Shown piece after piece: positions 9,684-18,206 of a DNA stretch of 27,194 bases. Location: the NCBI GenBank assembly GCA_046045965.1, contig JBJOKS010000044.1:1-27194 (forward strand), written 5' to 3'. The notes under the pieces are model-generated. The model was not told the DNA's origin and ran no database searches. It was given only the letters and a program-made list of their open reading frames with translations. Position 1 is the stretch's first letter; each line of letters opens with the position of its first letter. This DNA is from Cyanobacteriota bacterium (lineage in GTDB: Bacteria > Cyanobacteriota > Cyanobacteriia > Cyanobacteriales > Nostocaceae). A program made the position numbers and the translations under genes.

Positions 9684-10133
9684 ATGAATAAAAGCACTTT
9701 TATTTATGGTTTACTCTTGTTGTTTTGGGGTAGCGTTTTTGGTTTTTTGAGCATCAAAGGTGTTATGGATACCTGTTCTTTTTTGACTACAGCTACACCA
9801 GCGCAAGGTACTGTTATAGAGTTGCTAAAAAATTCTGCAACCAAGCCTAAACAAAGAGAAACCTATTATAATTATCGTTTATTAGTCGAGTTTACTACAA
9901 AACAAGGTAAAGCAACAAAATTTGAATCTAAGGCCAGTAATAACCTACCTGCATATACTGAAGGGGAGCAGGTTGAAATATTATATAATCCTGAAAGTCC
10001 TCAGTCTGCTGTTATTAACTCTTGGGGTGAAATTTGGGGTGGTTTGACTATTGCTATTGGAGTAAGTTCTGTGTGTGTTTTGTTTGGGGGATGGTTGATG
10101 TTTACATCCTTCCCCTCTCAACATAAAAATTAA
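9684..10133 (+). CDS. DUF3592-like two-TM membrane protein
   Basis: TM helix, AQGTVI, a beta-rich segment, [13 protein letters not shown] and a second TM helix. ATG at 9684 preferred over GTG at 9558. Its stop overlaps the phrA stop (TTAA, 10130-10133). Confidence 0.75.
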   Translation: MNKSTFIYGLLLLFWGSVFGFLSIKGVMDTCSFLTTATPAQGTVIELLKNSATKPKQRETYYNYRLLVEFTTKQGKATKFESKASNNLPAYTEGEQVEILYNPESPQSAVINSWGEIWGGLTIAIGVSSVCVLFGGWLMFTSFPSQHKN

Positions 10134-11569
10134 TCTGTACCAGCTTTCTGTTCTTGATACAATTGTTTAAACAAAGCTTGTTGTTTTTTATGGTCTACAA
10201 TGGGTGCAGGATAACCAACTGCACGACGTTCTAAAGGAGTAATATTCCCACTGATTAAATATTCTGTATCCACAGATTTTAATTCTCTCACCCATTGGCG
10301 AATATATTCCCCATCAGCATCAAATTTCTGCGCTTGACTAGCTGGGTTAAATATTCTTAATGGTTTGGGGTCCATACCACTTGACGCACTCCATTGCCAA
10401 CCACCATTATTAGCAGATAAGTCACCGTCAATGAGTTTCTGCATAAAATATTTTTCTCCCCATTGGGGATTTATAATTAAATCTTTGGTTAAAAAACTGG
10501 CTACTATCATTCTACATCTATTGTGCATCCAGCCGATTTCATTTAATTGTCTCATGGCTGCATCAACGATAGGATAACCAGTCTTTCCTTCACACCAAGC
10601 TTGAAAATGTTTTTCGTTATTTTGCCAAGGAAAGTTTTTAAAAACATCTCTATATGCACCTTCAGCTAATGCTGGAAAATGGTACATGGCGTGTTGATAA
10701 AATTCTCGCCAAGCTAATTCTTTTTGCCAAGTTATAATACTATTTGTGACTTCTTCACTGTTACTATTTTCTAATGCTTCTATTGTTGTTTGCCAAATTT
10801 TTCTAATACCAATAACACCAAATTTCAAAGCTGCGCTTAATTGAGATGTTCCATCAATTGCAGGATAATTTCTTTGTTCTTGATATTCATTAATGGCAGA
10901 ATTGGTAAAACTTTCTAATCTTTCCTGTGCTGCTGTTTCTCCTGGTGCAATTATTAATTCTCCATCCCAAATAAAACCTAAATCTTTTGCGGTTGGTAAA
11001 TTCATAACACCTGAATTTTTAGCTATTTCCTGTTCTGCGTCTGTTAAATTTTCGCAGTTTTCTAAAGTTGCAACGGGGTTAAGTTTTGGTTTACTACTCC
11101 AATTTTTCCAGAAGGGAGTATAAACTGTGTAGGGAGTTTTTGCACCACTAAAAATTTCATCAGGTGAATGTAATAATTGATCCCAATTTTGATCAAGAGT
11201 CTGTATCCCTTTTTCTCTCAATGCGGAAATTACATGATTATCCCGTATTTGTGCGTAAGGTTCTACATCCCAATTCCAAAATACTGCTTTTGCTTTCAAT
11301 TCTTCAGCTAATTTGGGAATGGCTGTTACTGGATGATCATGTAAAATTAATAACTGACTACCCGCTTTAATATATTTTTGTTGTAATGCTTGCAAACAAC
11401 CAATCATGTAAATAACTCTAGCAGGTGCAACATCATCCTGTTGTAAAATGCCAGGATCTAAACAAAATACACCTACAACCTTTGCAGTTTGCTTGCTTGC
11501 TGCTGCTAGTCCTGTATTATCGGAAATACGTAAATCTCGACGATGCCAAAATAAAATTAAATCAGACAT
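10130..11569 (-). CDS. phrA: Deoxyribodipyrimidine (CPD class I) photolyase
   Basis: [58 protein letters not shown] and [11 protein letters not shown] motifs. Confidence 0.95.
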   Translation of the reverse strand: MSDLILFWHRRDLRISDNTGLAAASKQTAKVVGVFCLDPGILQQDDVAPARVIYMIGCLQALQQKYIKAGSQLLILHDHPVTAIPKLAEELKAKAVFWNWDVEPYAQIRDNHVISALREKGIQTLDQNWDQLLHSPDEIFSGAKTPYTVYTPFWKNWSSKPKLNPVATLENCENLTDAEQEIAKNSGVMNLPTAKDLGFIWDGELIIAPGETAAQERLESFTNSAINEYQEQRNYPAIDGTSQLSAALKFGVIGIRKIWQTTIEALENSNSEEVTNSIITWQKELAWREFYQHAMYHFPALAEGAYRDVFKNFPWQNNEKHFQAWCEGKTGYPIVDAAMRQLNEIGWMHNRCRMIVASFLTKDLIINPQWGEKYFMQKLIDGDLSANNGGWQWSASSGMDPKPLRIFNPASQAQKFDADGEYIRQWVRELKSVDTEYLISGNITPLERRAVGYPAPIVDHKKQQALFKQLYQEQKAGTD

Positions 11570-11570
11570 T

Positions 11571-11597
11571 TGCTTACAATGCTTACAATGCTTACAA
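11571..11597. repeat. Perfect 9-bp tandem repeat (TGCTTACAA)x3 directly upstream of the phrA start
   Basis: Copies at 11571, 11580 and 11589. Confidence 0.9.
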
Positions 11598-11769
11598 TAT
11601 AGTTTTTTTGTACTATGATACTGCTAATAGTAACATGAATCATCAATCAAGTTATTAATTTTTATGTTTATAAAGTATATTTAAAAACACCTTTTTATCG
11701 GTCGGCAATAGTGGCTTTTTGGGACAATTTTCAGTAAACTGTTGTTAACAGAGAATTTAGTATTTTATC

Positions 11770-12312
11770 ATGGCAATTTTATTACTGGAAGACGGAACAA
11801 CGGAAAGTGATTTAAGTGCGATCGCTCATGAGTTAGAACCTCTAGGTATTAAACTCAGACATTATGATCCAGGCACATCTTTACTGTTTCCCCAACTGAT
11901 AGAACAAGAAACCGTTACAGATGTCGAAAAGCGTCATATTGTAGGACTTCATAACAGCGTGTTTGAGTTTCTTCAGCAAGAAAATGGTTATTTGTGGAGT
12001 GATTTACTCAATATACATCCTGGTTCGCCAAATTTAGATACTTGGATAGCAACCTATGGACGTTATCATACTCATAATGCTGCGGAAGCTATTTATTTGT
12101 TAGGAGGAGAAATAATTTATGGTTTTGTGAAACCTGATGGTGGTCACGTGCAATTATTGATGACATCACAAGACTATTTACATATTCCTGCCGGAGTAGA
12201 ACATTGGTGTAGTTTCTCGGCTTCTTTGCATTTTAAGGTGATTCGCTATTTCACGACTGTAGAAGGTTGGATGCCAATTTACACGGGTACTAATCAACAG
12301 TTTAAGATTTAG
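11770..12312 (+). CDS. Acireductone dioxygenase (ARD/MtnD)-like cupin, divergent
   Basis: Metal-ligand pattern HTH-xxx-E ... PAGVEHW, C-terminal IRYFTTVEGW and N-terminal IAHELEPLGIKL, as in the ARD family. Confidence 0.75.
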   Translation: MAILLLEDGTTESDLSAIAHELEPLGIKLRHYDPGTSLLFPQLIEQETVTDVEKRHIVGLHNSVFEFLQQENGYLWSDLLNIHPGSPNLDTWIATYGRYHTHNAAEAIYLLGGEIIYGFVKPDGGHVQLLMTSQDYLHIPAGVEHWCSFSASLHFKVIRYFTTVEGWMPIYTGTNQQFKI

Positions 12313-12531
12313 CTTTTAGGAATGTGCATCTACCAATATTTTTTAATCATCTACTTTCCGATCTTGGTTGATGAAAACTTATATCAGGTTAAATATCATG
12401 GTTGTGCTTTGTAGTATGATTTCTCAGGAATATTAAATGAAGGCTGCTTATAAACTGGCAAGTGAGCTACGATCTAAGAGGATGTGCAACCAAGGCATTA
12501 ATCTACTTGGCATAAAGTGTATAAAATAACT

Positions 12532-13551
12532 ATGAACTACGATATAGAAACAGCAGAAACTCCAAGGTTAGAAGTAGAGTATTACGGTGCTGACTTTCCT
12601 GTTGATACATTAGTGAAACGCATGGAAGAAGAAGAATTTATTATTCCAGGGTTTCAGAGACAGTATGTTTGGAAAGAAAAAGAAGCATCACGCTTTATTG
12701 AAACCTTACTTTTAGGTCTTCCTATTCCTTCCCTATTTCTTGCTAAAGATAAGTTTTCTAAGAAATATCTAGTTATAGATGGACAACAACGTCTAAAAAC
12801 TTTGCAGTATTTCTTTCAAGAATCTTTTCCAGATGGTAAAGTGTTTAAGCTTAAAGGTGTCGTCCCACATTTAGAAGGCTTAACTTATTCCACATTACCT
12901 TCATCTGATCGCCGTGAGCTTGATAATGCAATAATCCACTGCATTATCATATCTGAAAATTATGATCCACGTGGTATGTTTTATCTATTTGAAAGACTTA
13001 ATACTACTGGAACTCCTTTAAAATCACAGGAAATTCGTAATGCTCTTTATCATGGTTCTTTTAGCGAATTACTTCAGGAGCTATCAAGCAATGAAACCTG
13101 GAGAGAGCTTTATGGAAAGGTTGATATTCGTGCTAATGAACAGGAGCATATTTTAAGATTTTTAGCTTTGCATTTTGATTTGGAAAATTATTCAGGCAAT
13201 ATGACTAATTTTCTTAATCAATTTATGTTGAAAAACAAAGATTTAGAGTTGATTTCTGAAGATGAGATTAGAGCTATATTTTCCAATACCATAAGTTTTT
13301 TAAAAAATTGTATAGGCTCTCAAGTTTTCTATAAAAAAGAAAAATTTCAAATTCTTTTTGATAGCGTCATGCTTATCACTGCTCAAGAGTTGGAAAAAAA
13401 TTTGGAATGTTCAAAATTTAAAAAGTTTTACGAATCACTGATTAATGATCAGCATTTTTGGTCATTTGCTCAACCTTCTAGCACAAGTAAAGAAAATCTC
13501 ATGAAGAGGCTGGAATATGTTGGAAAACTTTATAGAAATACGCAGTTATGA
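12532..13551 (+). CDS. DUF262 (GmrSD N-terminal, ParB/Srx-like) domain protein
   Basis: IPGFQRQYVW, VIDGQQRL and FERLNTTGTPL motifs. Alternative GTG start at 12517. Confidence 0.88.
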   Translation: MNYDIETAETPRLEVEYYGADFPVDTLVKRMEEEEFIIPGFQRQYVWKEKEASRFIETLLLGLPIPSLFLAKDKFSKKYLVIDGQQRLKTLQYFFQESFPDGKVFKLKGVVPHLEGLTYSTLPSSDRRELDNAIIHCIIISENYDPRGMFYLFERLNTTGTPLKSQEIRNALYHGSFSELLQELSSNETWRELYGKVDIRANEQEHILRFLALHFDLENYSGNMTNFLNQFMLKNKDLELISEDEIRAIFSNTISFLKNCIGSQVFYKKEKFQILFDSVMLITAQELEKNLECSKFKKFYESLINDQHFWSFAQPSSTSKENLMKRLEYVGKLYRNTQL

Positions 13552-14021
13552 ATCCATCTATATTAGCTCATCGTCAAAAAATAGATAATCACTTTAAGAA
13601 AGCTACTTCTTTCACAGACCCAGAGATTCAAAGTGAATGGTCAAAATATTTATGTATATTAGTATCAGGATTACTTGAGGAATCTTTAAGGGTTTTATTA
13701 GAAAAATATTGCCAAAACAAAGCTTCACCAAGCATTCAAAATTTTGTTACAAAACAAATAGAAAATATAACTAATTGCAAAACAGAAAAAATTAAACGCA
13801 TATTAGGGGAGTTTAGCCCCACTTGGGAAAGTGAATTTACGACTAAAATTCAAGCTCAGAGCAACATTACTGATGAAATAAAAAACTCAATAGATAGCGT
13901 GATTACGAACCGTCACAAAATAGCTCATGGTAAAAGTATAGGTATGAGCTACAATAATGTGTCTAATTGGTATAAAAATGTTAAAAAAGCTGTAGAAATT
14001 TTAGAAGAAATAATCAAGTAA
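13548..14021 (+). CDS. HEPN-domain protein (putative RNase; RiboL-PSP/MAE_28990-like)
   Basis: Predominantly helical 157-aa protein with an N-terminal helix carrying a conserved Glu (LVSGLLEE) and an Rx4H motif (NRHKIAHG). ATGA overlap with the DUF262 gene. Confidence 0.82.
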   Translation: MNPSILAHRQKIDNHFKKATSFTDPEIQSEWSKYLCILVSGLLEESLRVLLEKYCQNKASPSIQNFVTKQIENITNCKTEKIKRILGEFSPTWESEFTTKIQAQSNITDEIKNSIDSVITNRHKIAHGKSIGMSYNNVSNWYKNVKKAVEILEEIIK

Positions 14022-14073
14022 TTTAGATGTATATTCAAAAGTTAAATATACCATTCCCCTAATTATACACCCC

Positions 14074-14182
14074 TATAATACCACAAAAAGTCAAACAGTC
14101 AAGAACCTTGAAAAATCGTTCACTTATTGATACCATTCTCAATATTATTGCAAATAAGCCGCTTCCATTCTCAATAAATAAG
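14074..14182. promoter_or_regulatory. Putative regulatory segment: overlapping -10 boxes, boxA consensus and Fur-like palindromes
   Basis: Plus-strand TATAAT 14074-14079; minus-strand TTGACT (14102-14097), 16 bp, TATTAT (14080-14075); GAACCTTGAAAA 14103-14114; TATTGA-N8-TCAATA 14125-14144; CCATTCTCAATA at 14133 and 14165. Confidence 0.4.
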
Positions 14183-14345
14183 TAGCAAAACTTTTTTTCC
14201 TATCTCATAGATAAACTAAAACACTTATTAACTCTTTGCGACTCTGCGTGAGCATAAATAAAAATTCCTCCTCCTCTACCCTTTCCCCAAATAGTAAAAA
14301 CTCTGTAGACTAAATTAATAAACTTTATATTTCTTATTAAAGCTG

Positions 14346-16667
14346 GTGCAAGAGGACTTTCGGTTAATAGTTGATTTGGTTTCGGTTTTCGCTGTCGCTG
14401 CCTGTGGTGGACTGCTGGCCGCATTGTTAAAACAACCTGTGTTACTCGGTTATCTGATCGGGGGAATGATTGTTGGTCCTGCGGGACTGGGATTAATCAA
14501 AGAAGTCGTCCAAGTAGAAACCTTGGCGCAATTTGGTGTAGCTTTTTTACTGTTCGCTTTGGGGGTGGAATTTTCCCTAGCGGAACTGAAAAAGGTAAGG
14601 GCTATAGCTTTAGGCGGTGGAGGATTACAAATTCTTCTCACTATTCTCATCACCGTTTTAGTATGTGGTGTTACAGGTGCTTGGGGAGCTTTACCGGCTA
14701 AAGGTGTATTTTTAGGTTGTATTCTGTCTTTGTCTTCCACAGCAGTTGTTCTCAAATGCTTGATGGAACGCAACGAGACAGAAACACCCCACGGTCAAGT
14801 AATGCTGGGTATTTTGGTAGTCCAAGACTTAGCACTGGGATTAATGCTGGCTGTATTACCTGCACTGCATGAACCGGGGGAAGTCATCGGTATGGCAGTG
14901 CTGACGGCTTTGGTACGCATTAGCTTATTTGCTGCGGGTGCTGTAGTGGCGGGTATTTGGTTAATTCCGCCTTTGTTGCGACTGCTGGCACGAACTGAAA
15001 GCCGGGAGTTGTTTTTATTGGGGGTCGTAACTTTATGTTTATGTATTGCTCTGCTAACTGAATATTTGGGTCTTTCCATTGAAATGGGAGCGTTTGTTGC
15101 AGGGTTGATGATTTCTGAGGTGGAATACGCTGACGAAACCCTAACTATTGTAGAACCTTTGCGGGATATTTTCGCGAGTTTGTTTTTCGCAGCCATTGGG
15201 ATGTTAATTGATCCGGTGTTTTTGTGGAACAACCTGGAATTGATTCTCGGTTTGGTAGCTTTGGTGTTTGTAGGCAAGTTTTTAATCATCACTCCTTTGG
15301 TAAAGTTATTCCGCTATCCGTTGAAAACAGCTTTAATTGCGGGTTTGGGATTAGCGCAAATTGGGGAGTTTTCCTTTGTGCTGGCCAGTGAAGGTCAGGC
15401 TTTGGGGTTGGTTTCCCGACGGATATATCTGTTAATTTTGGGTACTACCGCAGTTACTTTGATGCTGACTCCCTTTGTATTGCGTTTAGTACCATTTTTA
15501 TTTGATTTTGCGGAGTCCATGCCTTGGTTAAAACCGTATTTGGTGGAAGAACAAGCGCGTGATTTTGCAGAAGACTTACCCCGTAAAGATCATATTGTGG
15601 TTTGTGGTTATGGTCGCATTGGTAAAAATTTGGTGCGGTTGTTGCAGCAATACGAGTTACCGGTGGTGGTGATAGATCAGTCAGAAAGCAGGATTCAGCA
15701 GTTACGGGATGCGGGTATACCTTATGTTTATGGTAATGGGGTGAGTTTTCATGTGTTGGAAACCGCTGGGGTGAATCATGCTAAAGGGATGGCGATCGCA
15801 CTTCCAGATCCGGCTAGTATTCGTCTATGCCTGAAACGCGCTTTGGAAATATCCCCAGAATTAGATTTAGTGGTCCGTGCTACCCAAGATAAAAATATTG
15901 AGTTGCTGTACCAACTGGGTGCTAGGGAAGTGGTACAACCGGAGTTTGAAGCGAGTCTGGAAATGGCCACCTATTTGCTTACAGATGTGGGATTATCAAA
16001 AGAGGTGGTACAAGAGAAAATGCAGGAAATACGCCAGGATCATTATTTAGATTTGCGTCCTGAACGTTCTGCGGCTGAAGTTTCCCAACATTTACAACAA
16101 GTAACACGCGATTTAAACCGACGTTGGTATGATTTACCTGCGGACTCACCTTTAATTGGGATGACCTTAGAAGAAGCGGATATGCGCTATCTGATCGGGG
16201 TGAGTTTAATGGCTATTCGTCGCGCTGATGGGAAAGAAATTGATTATCCTCATAGTCAAATTAAACTAGAAGTTGGCGATCGCTTGTTAGTTGTCGGTGC
16301 AAATGAAGAATTAGCAGCTTTAGCGGAGTTTGCTCAAGGAAATGCAGCTGTTCCCGGAGAAACTAACGCTTGTCAGTGGGTAACAGTTCAAGCTAATTGT
16401 CCAATTTTGGGTAAAAATCTGGCACATTTAACCGCTGATGAACAGTATGGAGTAAAAGTGCAGGCCATTCGGCGAGATGGCAAGTTTATCCGCTTTCCTC
16501 ATGGCAACATGGAATTAAAAACAGGTGATCAGGTTTTGTTGTGCGGTAGCTTTTCCAGACTCAATCAGCTGCAAAGATTTTTCACTGCTTCCTGTGGAAT
16601 ACCGCTGGCAATTCCCAAAACAGAAATTCTCACAGATTTTCTCAGCCTGGATAATTTGCGGGAGTAG
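14346..16667 (+). CDS. CPA2-family cation:proton antiporter with a TrkA-N and two TrkA-C (RCK) domains
   Basis: GVAFLLFALGVEFS, SLSSTAVV, ILVVQD and LAQIGEFSFVL motifs; then VVCGYGRIG (RCK-N) and two AIRR-containing RCK-C domains. GTG start. Confidence 0.92.
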   Translation: MQEDFRLIVDLVSVFAVAACGGLLAALLKQPVLLGYLIGGMIVGPAGLGLIKEVVQVETLAQFGVAFLLFALGVEFSLAELKKVRAIALGGGGLQILLTILITVLVCGVTGAWGALPAKGVFLGCILSLSSTAVVLKCLMERNETETPHGQVMLGILVVQDLALGLMLAVLPALHEPGEVIGMAVLTALVRISLFAAGAVVAGIWLIPPLLRLLARTESRELFLLGVVTLCLCIALLTEYLGLSIEMGAFVAGLMISEVEYADETLTIVEPLRDIFASLFFAAIGMLIDPVFLWNNLELILGLVALVFVGKFLIITPLVKLFRYPLKTALIAGLGLAQIGEFSFVLASEGQALGLVSRRIYLLILGTTAVTLMLTPFVLRLVPFLFDFAESMPWLKPYLVEEQARDFAEDLPRKDHIVVCGYGRIGKNLVRLLQQYELPVVVIDQSESRIQQLRDAGIPYVYGNGVSFHVLETAGVNHAKGMAIALPDPASIRLCLKRALEISPELDLVVRATQDKNIELLYQLGAREVVQPEFEASLEMATYLLTDVGLSKEVVQEKMQEIRQDHYLDLRPERSAAEVSQHLQQVTRDLNRRWYDLPADSPLIGMTLEEADMRYLIGVSLMAIRRADGKEIDYPHSQIKLEVGDRLLVVGANEELAALAEFAQGNAAVPGETNACQWVTVQANCPILGKNLAHLTADEQYGVKVQAIRRDGKFIRFPHGNMELKTGDQVLLCGSFSRLNQLQRFFTASCGIPLAIPKTEILTDFLSLDNLRE

Positions 16668-16706
16668 TCAGCAGTTAGCAGTCAGATATAGTTGATAGCT
16701 ATTTGC

Positions 16707-16991
16707 TCACGAATCTATATTGGCAATGTCCACTCTAGCATCTCGTGGCACTAAGGCTCTTTCTCCAACTGCGTCACTGCGAACTTTCATATAAGCGATC
16801 GCTATTTTCCAAACGATAGTTTGCTCGTTGTTAGCATCTAAAATACATACACAATTGATATCTTGCCAAAAAACCCTACCTGTGATGACATCACCAGTCA
16901 TCAGTTTAAGTTCAACTGTGGCTTTTTGCTTGATCCAATTTTGTAATAGTCGAATGCTAGGTAGGGTGGTATCAAAATCAGTTGCTGGCAT
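16707..16991 (-). CDS. hfq: Cyanobacterial Hfq homolog (Sm-like) with C-terminal extension
   Basis: FDTTLPSIRLLQNWIK, GDVITGRVFWQD and IVWKIAIAYM motifs; divergent from dapF, as is common in cyanobacteria. Confidence 0.88.
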   Translation of the reverse strand: MPATDFDTTLPSIRLLQNWIKQKATVELKLMTGDVITGRVFWQDINCVCILDANNEQTIVWKIAIAYMKVRSDAVGERALVPRDARVDIANIDS

Positions 16992-17008
16992 TTTTGTTAG
17001 GAAATAAA

Positions 17009-17107
17009 GACTGGAGACTGGGGACTGGGGAGAAAAATTTTAGATTTTAGATTTTAGATTTTAGATTGGAATTGACAAAAACAATCCAAAATCCAAAATC
17101 CAAAATT
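17009..17107. repeat. STRR heptamer cluster: GACTGG(G/A)x3, (ATTTTAG)x4, (AATCCAA)x3
   Basis: Read directly in the hfq-dapF intergenic region. The last two arrays are inverted relative to each other. Confidence 0.9.
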
Positions 17108-17184
17108 GAATTACCAATTACCTATCATGTTGGACAATGTTTAAATCAGTAGTAACTTATCTTTGATAATTCATCTAGGGGAAA

Positions 17185-18024
17185 ATGGCAATAGAATTTA
17201 CTAAGTATCACGGTTTGGGTAATGATTTTATTCTCATTGATAACCGTTCCTCTCTTACTCCCATAATCACACCAGAACAAGCTGTGAAGTGGTGCGATCG
17301 CCATTTTGGGATTGGTGCTAATGGTGTTATTTTCGCACTTCCTGGTCAAAATGGTACTGATTATACCATGCGGATTTTCAATTCTGATGGTTCTGAACCG
17401 GAAATGTGTGGTAACGGTATTCGTTGTTTAGCTGCGTTTTTAACTGAGTTAGAAGGTATCTCCCGCACTAAGGACTTCTATACTATTCATACTTTAGCAG
17501 GTGTGATTACACCTCAACTGACAGATGACGGTCAAGTAAAAGTAGATATGGGTTCACCCCGCTTATTAGCGCAGGAAATTCCTACCACCCTTGCACCTGC
17601 GGACAGTAAAGTAATTAATGTACCTTTAGAAGTTGCGGATAATACTTGGAATGTTACCTGTGTCAGCATGGGTAATCCTCACTGTATCAGCTTTGTGGAA
17701 GATATGGCTGCTATTCCCCTGGAAACCATCGGTCCCAAATTTGAACATCATCCCGCTTTTCCCCAAAGAATCAATACAGAATTTATTGAAGTTGTCAACC
17801 GTAATTATTTAAAAATGCGGGTATGGGAAAGAGGTGCGGGTATTACCTTAGCTTGTGGTACTGGTGCTTGTGCGTCTTTAGTCGCTGGAGTATTGAATGA
17901 TAAATGCGATCGCACAGCAACCATAGAATTACCCGGAGGACCCTTAGAAATTGAATGGTCAGAAACTGATCAAAGAATTTATATGACAGGTCCTGCTGAA
18001 CGGGTTTTTACAGGTAAAATGTAG
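17185..18024 (+). CDS. dapF: Diaminopimelate epimerase
   Basis: [34 protein letters not shown] and [18 protein letters not shown] motifs. Confidence 0.98.
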   Translation: MAIEFTKYHGLGNDFILIDNRSSLTPIITPEQAVKWCDRHFGIGANGVIFALPGQNGTDYTMRIFNSDGSEPEMCGNGIRCLAAFLTELEGISRTKDFYTIHTLAGVITPQLTDDGQVKVDMGSPRLLAQEIPTTLAPADSKVINVPLEVADNTWNVTCVSMGNPHCISFVEDMAAIPLETIGPKFEHHPAFPQRINTEFIEVVNRNYLKMRVWERGAGITLACGTGACASLVAGVLNDKCDRTATIELPGGPLEIEWSETDQRIYMTGPAERVFTGKM

Positions 18025-18034
18025 ACTAATAGGA

Positions 18035-18067
18035 AGATTCCCGACTTTTTCAAGAATTCGGGGATCT
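18035..18067. repeat. 33-bp imperfect palindromic dispersed repeat, copy 1
   Basis: AGATTCCCGACTTTTTCAAGAATTCGGGGATCT; same length and matching ends as the copy at 18207-18239. Confidence 0.7.
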
Positions 18068-18170
18068 ATCTTTTAGTGGTTAAGATAGTTGTAAACATCA
18101 TTACCATTCCCCCTACAAGAATAGCGATCGCTAATCCTCCAGTGATCAAGTCTAAAGTGTTGTTGTCCAT
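18066..18170 (-). CDS. Putative 34-aa single-TM small protein (MDNNTLDLITGGLAIAILVGGMVMMFTTILTTKR)
   Basis: Manually translated ATG (18170) to TAG (18068-18066). Acidic N-terminus, uninterrupted hydrophobic core, basic C-terminus, and a HIP1 site read in the Ala-Ile-Ala frame. Below the ORF-track size cutoff. Confidence 0.6.
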   Translation of the reverse strand: MDNNTLDLITGGLAIAILVGGMVMMFTTILTTKR

Positions 18171-18206
18171 AATCAGTTGTCAGTTGTTAATTTACTACGA
18201 GGATAT

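Noticed and set aside
11571..11597. Canonical HLR1 (RpaB) site
   Set aside because: The repeat period is 9 bp, whereas HLR1 has a 10-bp period.
12313..12531. Short ORFs of 21-30 aa upstream of the DUF262 gene (e.g. MKAAYKLASELRSKRMCNQGINLLGIKCIK)
   Set aside because: No motif, ribosome-binding site or compositional support; indistinguishable from chance.
14000..14053. 17-aa minus-strand ORF MVYLTFEYTSKLLDYFF overlapping the end of the HEPN gene
   Set aside because: Too short, and the purine run is too close to the ATG to be a convincing ribosome-binding site.
14121..14184. Possible mini-CRISPR array or type III toxin-antitoxin repeat array after the boxA
   Set aside because: Only a 12-nt core repeats twice; there is no full-length repeat-spacer structure and no cas gene. 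Kept only as an ncRNA hypothesis.
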